DNA of 9,691 bases, taken from the NCBI RefSeq assembly GCF_006345805.1, contig NW_021827933.1:1-9691 (forward strand), read 5' to 3'. The translations under genes and the position numbers were made by a program. This stretch comes from Octopus sinensis. Taxonomy: Eukaryota. The notes under the pieces are model-generated. The model was given only the letters and a program-made list of their open reading frames with translations, was not told the origin of the DNA and searched no databases. This document shows positions 1 through 7,409 of the stretch, piece by piece (within the stretch, counting starts at the first letter, position 1; each line of letters starts with the position of its first letter).

Positions 1-95
1 ATGCTGGTGCGTTTACGCCCCCATAACTTAGCAGTTCGGTAAAAAAACCCGATAGAAAAAGTCCTAGGCTTATAAAAAATGCTTATAAAAGAATA
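1..95 (+). mobile_element. SINE family A, 3'-half fragment (cut by window start, stops at AAGAATA)
   Basis: Aligns by eye to the intact + copies at 5220-5300 and 8970-9050 (ATGCTGGTGTGTTTACGTCCCCGT..CTTAGCGGTTCGGCAAAAGAGACCGAT..GGCTTACAAAGAATA), with more substitutions. Confidence 0.85.
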
Positions 96-187
96 TATTC
101 TTTTATTCTTTTACTTGTTTCAGCCATTTTGACTGCAGCCATGCTGGAGCACCGCCTTTAGTCGAACTCATCGGCCCCAGGACTTAT
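96..187 (-). mobile_element. SINE family A, 3' terminal 92 bp in inverted orientation
   Basis: Reverse complement reads ATAAGTCCTGGGGCCGATGAGTTCGACTAAAGGCGGTGCTCCAGCATGGCTGCAGTCAAAATGGCTGAAACAAGTAAAAGAATAAAAGAATA, matching the 3' end of the copy at 9048-9140. Confidence 0.9.
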
Positions 188-248
188 CTCTCCCTCTCTC
201 TCTCTCTCTCTCTATCTATCTATGTCTCTCTATCTTCTCTCTCCCCCT

Positions 249-327
<79 letters not shown>

Positions 328-353
328 GTCTCTCTATCTTCTCTCTCCCCCCT

Positions 354-398
<45 letters not shown>

Positions 399-413
399 CT
401 ATCTATCTATCTA

Positions 414-461
<48 letters not shown>

Positions 462-490
462 ACTATCTATCTATCTATCTATCTATCTAG
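188..490. repeat. Compound microsatellite (CT)n/(CTAT)n/(CTGT)n
   Basis: Read directly from the sequence. Confidence 0.97.
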
Positions 491-692
491 TTCTCTATTT
501 AGGGCAATAATCCACGCTCTAAAAACAAACTGATCAAACTATTTCTTCAATTCACACGGTTTAAAACCCTTCCTTACCTTCTTATTGTCCCATATCCATT
601 AGAGAAGCGATCTAACGGCTGATAGCCTTAATACAGTAATTAGCGAATGACAAAAGAACAGATGTTACATAATACCTTCTATTAGCTTACAG

Positions 693-794
693 TCGTTTCC
701 ACTGTCAGTGAGTGTGAGCTCTGAGCTGGCGGCCCCCGGTGCAGTATTCGATAACTTCCTCGAAGATCATTTGGAAGAAGAATATTATAAGAGG
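693..794 (+). CDS. Weak candidate internal exon, product unknown (SFPLSVSVSSELAAPGAVFDNFLEDHLEEEYYKR)
   Basis: Non-repetitive, GC-richer island; TTACAG| at 692, 34 open codons, AGG|GTAAAC at 794/795 (phase 0-0). Against: a second AG lies just upstream of the acceptor, the minus strand has a competing donor (CT|GTAAGC at 691/690), and I recognise no homologue. Confidence 0.2.
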
Positions 795-803
795 GTAAAC
801 TCT

Positions 804-820
804 CGTGCGTGCGTGCGTGC

Positions 821-862
<42 letters not shown>

Positions 863-866
863 TGTA
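804..866. repeat. (GCGT)n/(GT)n microsatellite
   Basis: Read directly from the sequence. Confidence 0.95.
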
Positions 867-958
867 CCAGTATATATATATGGGAAGAGTATGGATGAAC
901 TTATACTCTATCACCTGGAATGTGACATGAAGATATTTGATAATATATTTCTCCCTCG

Positions 959-1008
959 ATCCATCCATCCATCCATCCATCCATCAATACATATATATAT
1001 ACATATAG

Positions 1009-1039
<31 letters not shown>

Positions 1040-1050
1040 CATATATGTAT
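959..1050. repeat. (ATCC)n followed by (AT)n/(ATAC)n microsatellite
   Basis: Read directly from the sequence. Confidence 0.95.
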
Positions 1051-1172
1051 AAACCCTCCTTCCCTTCTTTCCTGAGCGTCAATAATACTTTAATTGTTCC
1101 ACGTCCTGCGTTGCTGTGTTTTTTTCTCATTTTTTCTCTTTTTTTCTGTGTTTTCTTGTTTGGATTAACTTT
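1051..1172 (+). mobile_element. Fragment of hammerhead-associated repeat (family C), lacking the ribozyme
   Basis: Shares the ordered blocks AAA-pyrimidine tract-TTCCTGAGCG..TAATAC..TTGT..TCCAC..T-rich..AACTTT-(TA)n with the minus-strand copy at 7406-7502. Confidence 0.6.
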
Positions 1173-1190
1173 ATATATATATATATATAT

Positions 1191-3120
1191 ATCAACAATC
1201 AAGGAACGGCCATAATAGGCCATTCACACACTAGAAATAACAGCCAAAGCTTCAACCGCAAATAAAGATCAATTCCGAAACAGGAGAAAATTTAAAAAAA
1301 CATTTACCCCTGTATTTCTTGTACGATGCACCGTTTCGTCTGCTGTTTAATGGTAAACTAACCTGATTAAATTAAATCAAGCCAATCTTCCATAGGCCCT
1401 CAGATTCTTCAGCAAGAAATAGCCAAGTCGGGACAGATATTTTCACGAGGCATTTCCAACCCTGCCAAGGCAATATCTGACCTAAAATTTTCAAATCGTC
1501 GCACTCGCGCCAAATTTATCGGCAGCAAATAAATATAAGCCGTCGATTCCATTACGGAATTAACCAGAAAATTCATAATTAATCAATATAGGGTGGTGAA
1601 AAAAAATTTTGTAGAATTCCTTTTGCCACCAGCGGCCTAGTGGGAAAAAATTAAATAGTCGTAGACCATTTTTAAGTTCAACATCAACAATCAAGGAACG
1701 GCCATAATAGGCCATTCACCACTAGAAATAACAGCCAAAGCTTCAACCGCAAATAAAGATCAATTCCGTAAACAGGAGAAAATTTAAAAAAACATTTACC
1801 CTGTAATTTCTTGTACGATGCACCGTTTCGTCTGCTGTTTAATGGTAAACTAACCTGATTAATTTAAATCAAGCCAATCTTCCATAGGCCCTCAGATTCT
1901 TCAGCAAGAATAGCCAAGTCGGGACAGATATTTTCACGAGGCATTTCCAACCCTGCCAAGGCAATATCTGACCTAAAATTTTCAAATCGTCGCACTCGCG
2001 CCAAATTTATCGGCAGCAAATAAATATAAGCCGTCGATCCATTACGGAATTAACCAGAAAATTCATAATTAATCAATATAGGGTGGTGAAAAAAAATTTT
2101 GTAGAATTCCTTTTGCCACCAGCGGCCTAGTGGGGAAAAATTAAATAGTCGTAGACCATTTTTAAGTTCAACATCAACAATCAAGGAACGGCCATAATAG
2201 GCCATTCACCCACTAGAAATAACAGCCAAAGCTTCAACCGCAAATAAAGATCAATTCCGTAAACAGGAGAAATTTTAAAAAAACATTTACCCTGTAATTT
2301 CTTGTACGATGCACCGTTTCGTCTGCTGTTTAATGGTAAACTAACCTGATTAAATTAAATCAAGCCATCTTCCATAGGCCTCAGATTCTTCAGCAAGAAA
2401 TAGCCAAGTCGGGACAGATATTTTCACGAGGCATTTCCAACCCTGCCAAGGCAATATCTGACCTAAAATTTTCAAATCGTCGCACTCGCGCCAAATTTAT
2501 CGGCAGCAAATAAATATAAGCCGTCGAATCCATTACGAATTAACCAGAAAATTCATAATTAATCAATATAGGGTGGTGAAAAAAAATTTTGTAGAATTCC
2601 TTTTGCCACCAGCGGCCTAGTGGAAAAAAATTAAATAGTCGTAGACCATTTTTAAGTTCAACATCAACAATCAAGGAACGGCCATAATAGGCCATTCACC
2701 CACTAGAAATAACAGCCAAAGCTTCAACCGCAAATAAAGATCAATTCCGTAAACAGGAGAAAATTTAAAAAAACATTTACCCTGTAATTTCTTGTACGAT
2801 GCACCGTTTCGTCTGCTGTTTAATGGTAAACTAACTGATTAAATTAAATCAAGCCAATCTTCCATAGGCCCTCAGATTCTTCAGCAAAATAGCCAAGTCG
2901 GGACATATTTTCACGAGGCATTTCCAACCCTGCCAAAGCAATATCTGACCTAAAATTTTCAAATCGTCGCACTCGCGCCAAATTTATCGGCAGCAAATAA
3001 ATATAAGCCGTCGATTCCATTACGGAATTAACCAGAAAATTCATAATTAATCAATATAGGGTGGTGAAAAAATTAAATAGTCGTAGACCATTTTTAAGTT
3101 CAACATCAACAATCAAGGAA
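1191..3120 (+). repeat. Head-to-tail array of a ~490-bp unit (4 units plus 16 bp)
   Basis: ATCAACAATCAAGGAA recurs at 1191, 1683, 2173, 2663 and 3105 (periods 492, 490, 490, 442); unit 4 lacks ~46 bp between two A-tracts. Preceded by (TA)n at 1172-1190. Confidence 0.97.
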
Positions 3121-4124
3121 CACCACCCTATATTGATTAATTATGAATTTTCTGGTTAATTCCGTAATGGAATCGACGGCTTATATTTATTTGCTGCCGA
3201 TAAATTTGGCGCGAGTGCGACGATTTGAAAATTTTAGGTCAGATATTGCCTTGGCAGGGTTGGAAATGCCTCGTGAAAATATCTGTCCCGACTTGGCTAT
3301 TTCTTGCTGAAGAATCTGAGGGCCTATGGAAGATTGGCTTGATTTAATTTAATCAGGTTAGTTTACCATTAAACAGCAGACGAAACGGTGCATCGTACAA
3401 GAAATACAGGGTAAATGTTTTTTTAAATTTTCTCCTGTTTACGGAATTGATCTTTATTTGCGGTTGAAGCTTTGGCTGTTATTTCTAGTGGGTGAATGGC
3501 CTATTATGGCCGTTCCTTGATTGTTGATGTTGAACTTAAAAATGGTCTACGACTATTTAATTTTTTCCACTAGGCCGCTGGTGGCAAAAGGAATTCTACA
3601 AAATTTTTTTTCACCACCCTATATTGATTAATTATGAATTTTCTGGTTAATTCCGTAATGGAATCGACGGCTTATATTTATTTGCTGCCGATAAATTTGG
3701 CGCGAGTGCGACGATTTGAAAATTTTAGGTCAGATATTGCCTTGGCAGGGTTGGAAATGCCTCGTGAAAATATCTGTCCCGACTTGGCTATTTCTTGCTG
3801 AAGAATCTGAGGGCCTATGGAAGATTGGCTTGATTTAATTTAATCAGGTTAGTTTACCATTAAACAGCAGACGAAACGGTGCATCGTACAAGAAATTACA
3901 GGGTAAATGTTTTTTTAAATTTTCTCCTGTTTACGGAATTGATCTTTATTTGCGGTTGAAGCTTTGGCTGTTATTTCTAGTGGGTGAATGGCCTATTATG
4001 GCCGTTCCTTGATTGTTGATGTTGAACTTAAAAATGGTCTACGACTATTTAATTTTTTCCCACTAGGCCGCTGGTGGCAAAAGGAATTCTACAAAATTTT
4101 TTTTCACCACCCTATATTGATTAA
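3121..4124 (-). repeat. Same ~490-bp unit in inverted orientation (partial 3121-3528, full 3529-4020, partial 4021-4124)
   Basis: From 3121 the sequence CACCACCCTATATTGATTAATTATG.. is the reverse complement of the unit read backwards from 3066. Followed by (TA)n at 4125-4149. Confidence 0.97.
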
Positions 4125-4317
4125 ATATATATATATATATATATATATACATAAAATGAGAAAATGGAGAAATATATCTAAATCAATCATTAACTATCAG
4201 ATAATACCGAATCATATACTTTATTAAAACACTACACAATAGCAATGAGATTAGACATTAATACAGTATATTGGATATATGTTATCCCATGGAGGGTTGG
4301 ATTTACAACCCCTATCT

Positions 4318-4321
<4 letters not shown>

Positions 4322-4380
<59 letters not shown>
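4322..4380. repeat. (TA)n microsatellite (abuts the internal TA tract of the adjacent SINE)
   Basis: Read directly from the sequence. Confidence 0.95.
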
Positions 4381-4693
4381 CGACGGGGTTCTTTCAGTTT
4401 CCTATTTCTTTATTGCCCACAAGGGGCTAAACATAGATAGGACAAACAAAGACGGAGATCGACCCCAGTGCGTAACTGGTACTTAATTTATCGACCCCGA
4501 AAGGATGAAAGGCAAAGTTGACCTCGGCGGAATTGGAGATCGACTTTACCTTTCAGTTTCCGCCTACCAAATCCACTCACATGGCTTTGGCTGGCCCGAG
4601 GCTATGGTAGAAGACAAGGTGTCACAGTGGGATTGAACCCGGGACCATATGGTTGGGAAGCAAGCTTCTTACCAAACAGCCACACCTGCGCCT
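4374..4693 (-). mobile_element. SINE family A (divergent), 5' half with tRNA-like head, interrupted by a nested insertion
   Basis: TATACGACGGGGTTCTTTCAGTTTCC [insert] CTTTCAGTTTCCGCCTACCAAATCCACTCAC..ACCAAACAGCCACACCTGCGCCT matches the reverse complement of 4963-5130. Confidence 0.85.
4403..4549 (-). mobile_element. Second SINE family (B), 5'-truncated and internally shortened, nested in a family A copy
   Basis: Minus strand: AATTCCGCCGAGGTCAACTTTGCCTTTCATCCTTTCGGGGTCGATAAATTAAGTACCAG..CCCTTGTGGGCAATAAAGAAATA. The GCCTTTCATCCTTTCGGGGTCGATAAA block resembles a central domain I recall from several tRNA-derived SINEs. Flanked by the direct repeat CTTTCAGTTTCC (4391-4402, 4550-4561). Confidence 0.8.
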
Positions 4694-4805
4694 ACCCAAA
4701 AGATTCAAGAATGGAAAGGAATTGAAAGCGAATGCAACTATAACATGTGAAACAAAAATATCCCATCTTCTGGGGGGCGATATCTTAGAACTAAAACCTC
4801 CAAAC

Positions 4806-4856
4806 CGGTGCCCCAGCGTGGCCGCACTCCAGTGACTGAAAGAAGTAAAGAATAAA
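4806..4856 (+). mobile_element. SINE family A-related 3' tail fragment
   Basis: CGGTGCCCCAGCGTGGCCGCACTCCAGTGACTGAAAGAAGTAAAGAATAAA resembles CGGTGCTCCAGCATGGCCGCAGTCAAATGACTGAAACAAGTAAAAGAGTAAA (9081-9132). Confidence 0.75.
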
Positions 4857-4909
<53 letters not shown>

Positions 4910-4948
4910 TACAAACACACACACACACACACACACACATACACACAT
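4857..4948. repeat. (CA)n microsatellite
   Basis: Read directly from the sequence. Confidence 0.97.
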
Positions 4949-4962
4949 AAATATACAGACTT

Positions 4963-5376
4963 AGGCGTAGGAGCGGCTGTGTGGTAAGTAGCTTGTTTAC
5001 AAACCACATGGTTCCGGGTTCAGTCCCACTGCGTGGCACCTTGGGCAAGTATCTTCTACTATAGCCTCGGGTAGACCAAAGCCTTGTGAGTGGATTTGGT
5101 AGACGGAAACTGAAAGAAGCCCGTCGTATATATGTATATATATGTGTGTGTGTGTGTGTGTGTATATGTTTGTGTGTCTGTGTTTGTCCACCCCCCACCC
5201 AACATCGCTTGACAACCGATGCTAGTGTGTTTACGTCCCCGTAACTTAGCGGTTCGGCAAAAGAGAGCGAGAGAATAAGTACTAGGCTTACAAAGAATAA
5301 AGTCCTGGGGTCGATTTGCTCGACTAAAGGCGGTGCTCCAGCATGGCCACAGTCAAAATGACTGAAACAAGTAAAA
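4963..5376 (+). mobile_element. SINE family A, full length (tRNA-derived, octopus-type)
   Basis: Head AGGCGTAGGAGCGGCTGTGTGGTAAG (A-box-like) and GGTTCAGTCCC (B-box-like), internal (TA)n(TG)n tract, 3' CAGTCAAAATGACTG hairpin and GTAAAA tail; several near-identical copies in the window. Published family name not assigned. Confidence 0.93.
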
Positions 5377-5453
5377 TGGTAAATAAAAAATAGTAAAGAC
5401 ACACGAATATATATTTTAGTATACATCACGAAAATGGGTGTTAGTGACTTCGA

Positions 5454-5510
5454 AGCCGCCATCAAGCCAATGGCGGCTAGTAAGCTTTCATTTTCCATAC
5501 CGGCCATTTT
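5454..5510. promoter_or_regulatory. Candidate regulatory cassette: CCAAT box between two inverted ATGGCGGCT (YY1/Pho-type) cores, plus GGCCATTTT
   Basis: AGCCGCCAT 5454-5462 and ATGGCGGCT 5470-5478 form a perfect 9-bp inverted repeat; AGCCAATGG 5465-5473; GGCCATTTT 5502-5510. Motif matches only. Confidence 0.25.
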
Positions 5511-5605
5511 ATTTCTAAAGCAAATAGTTATACATATGTGCTCTAATAAGTATTCTACCGTTAAGGAGTTTCATATGAATTTCATATGAAAACAAACATC
5601 AATAC

Positions 5606-5854
5606 GTGTATTATATATATTTATGCATATGTATAAAAATGTGTTTGTTTATATATGTGTGTATCTCTATATATATATATATAGATACACACACACACAC
5701 ACACAAACACTCATACATAAACATGCACACACACCCATCACACAAGATAGGTTCACAATCCAAGAGAAACAGAGCGAGACCAGAAGTCAAGGTGTTGGTA
5801 TAATGAGAGAAAGAGAGAGAAAAAGAAAGAAAGATTGAGTGTGTGTGTGTGCGT

Positions 5855-5885
<31 letters not shown>

Positions 5886-6143
5886 AGAGTGAGAGAGGGG
5901 TAGAAGAAAGGTAGAAGAGGGAGAAGGTAAGGGTGACAAGTGTGAGAAAAGGAGTGGGAGAAAGTGAAGGATTGATAGAGCGGAAAATGACAAGTGTATG
6001 AAATGAAAAGCAAGAATGTGTCTGTGCGTGTGTATTTGTGGTTTAAGGTGTCTCGGCTGTGTCTGTAAGAGGTTTGTATGATCGTATGAGTGCTGACACA
6101 CACACACGCACGGGCGGGTGGGCGCGCGCGCGCGCACACGCAC
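5606..6143. repeat. Mixed low-complexity tract: (TA)n, (TG)n, (CA)n, (GA)n purine-rich stretch, (GC)n
   Basis: Read directly from the sequence; short unique spacers are interspersed. Confidence 0.85.
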
Positions 6144-6251
6144 ATTTAATTATGACTAAGGCTAACAGGTCGAAACTTCGAAGTCCCTGTCACTCTTCAT
6201 GCAATACTTAGATAAACATGGACTGTATCAAAAGTATTAAATCTTTACTTA

Positions 6252-6646
6252 TATTCTCTTTTCTCTTTCTCTTTTACTTGTTTCAGTCATTTGACTGCGG
6301 CCATGCTGGAGCACCGCCTTTAATCGAGCAACTCGACCCCGGGACTTATTATTTTGTAAGCCCAGTACTTATTCTATCGGTCTCTTTTTTGCCGAACCGC
6401 TAAGTGACGGGTACGTAAACACACCAGCATCGGTTGTCAAGCAATGCTTGGGAGACAAACACAGACACACAAATATATACATATATACGACAGGCTTCTT
6501 TCAGTTTCCGTCTACCAAATCCACTCACAAGGCATTGGTCGGCCCGGGGCTATAGCAGAAGACACTTGCCCAAGATGCCACGCAGTGGGACTGAACCCGG
6601 AACCATGAGGTTGGTTAGCAAGCTACTTACCACACAGCCACTCCTA
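6252..6646 (-). mobile_element. SINE family A, near full length (first few 5' bases replaced by (TA)n)
   Basis: Collinear reverse complement of 8717-9140; ends ACCACACAGCCACTCCTA|TATATA instead of ..CTCCTACGCCT. Confidence 0.93.
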
Positions 6647-6661
6647 TATATATATATATAA

Positions 6662-7139
6662 TATATTATATAGAGGGTACTATTATTCATAGGTACCGCA
6701 CGCTAGGAGGGACTTTTGCAGTCAAAACTACTAAAATAAACAAAATGTACCGAATGCAAAACTATATATTTTTCACCGGAATAGTTCAATACTGAATTTT
6801 TGTTCCGAGTAGGCAAGTTGTTACCGAAATGCATTGCGAAAAAGCCCGCCATTTTCATAGATATGTAAAGATAAACATTCGTACATGCTGCGACGAATTC
6901 TACGGTTGGTTGTCGGGTATGTGATGTGTTTTTTCTTATATGTCTTGTGTTCGTTGCACTGAAGAGCATATTCTGCATTGATTGCGAAATCACAGGTGAT
7001 ATGTAACTAAATTCTTTTTTTAAATGACTTGCTTTGAAGTTTTGCATTCGGTACAATTTGTTTATTTTAGTAGTTTTGACTGCAAAAGTCCCTCCTAGCG
7101 TGCGGTACCTATGAATAATAGTACCCTCTATATAATATA
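6662..7139. mobile_element. MITE / non-autonomous DNA transposon with 102-bp terminal inverted repeats
   Basis: 6662-6763 and 7038-7139 are reverse complements with one mismatch (6745/7056); 274-bp interior with no transposase; sits in TA-rich sequence. Exact termini and TSD ambiguous (TATA|GAGGG..CCCTC|TATA is one reading). Confidence 0.9.
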
Positions 7140-7232
7140 AAAAAGTATTTTCAAAGTTGAAAAAATTTTCAGATATTTTCTCTTACGAGGTTTTACTGAT
7201 AATTTCTTATAAAGATTTTATCCTTATTTTTA

Positions 7233-7348
7233 AATATATATATATATATATATATTATATACAGGTACACATATATAAATAAATAAATATATATATATAC
7301 ACAAAAACATTATAGTATGTATATATATATAACGTATACACACATATA

Positions 7349-7405
<57 letters not shown>
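7233..7405. repeat. (TA)n-rich microsatellite
   Basis: Read directly from the sequence. Confidence 0.93.

Positions 7406-7409
<4 letters not shown>

Noticed and set aside
1205-1240. Canonical Helitron 3' end (hairpin followed by CTAG) and A|TC start at 1191-1193
   Set aside because: The CTAG is followed by AAAT, not TC or T, and lies only ~40 bp from the TC start, so the canonical TC..CTRR model does not fit the unit boundaries.
3760-3812. Type II hammerhead-like arrangement in the 490-bp unit (GAAA 3766-3769, CTGAAGA 3798-3804, CCTC/GAGG)
   Set aside because: Only 4 nt (CTTG) lie between the putative cleavage site and the core, so stem I cannot form, and stem II lacks the G10.1-C11.1 pair. 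The array is therefore not called a retrozyme.
1191-4124. CRISPR array or CRESS-virus origin
   Set aside because: No repeat-spacer alternation and no cas or Rep genes; the hairpin loop TATTAT is not a NANTATTAC nonanucleotide.
2844-4227. Short ORFs in the unit (MAYYGRSLIVD.., MNFLVNSVMES..)
   Set aside because: Under 80 aa, frames differ between copies, some run into microsatellite, and no motif is recognisable.
4791-5507. 238-aa minus-strand ORF and similar peptides (CGHAGAPP.., RGYSRR.LPK) elsewhere
   Set aside because: Antisense read-through of the SINE; the same peptides recur at each SINE copy in broken frames and match no domain I recognise.
5569-5590. Tandem palindromes TTCATATGAA x2
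   Set aside because: An 11-bp local duplication in AT-rich DNA with no other support.
6096-6143. Alternating purine-pyrimidine (CA)/(GC) tract with Z-DNA potential
   Set aside because: Short and common in microsatellite-rich genomes; no functional context.
6703-7056. 117-aa ORF inside the MITE as a possible transposase
   Set aside because: Starts and ends inside the TIRs, is far too short, and shows no DDE or DNA-binding motif.
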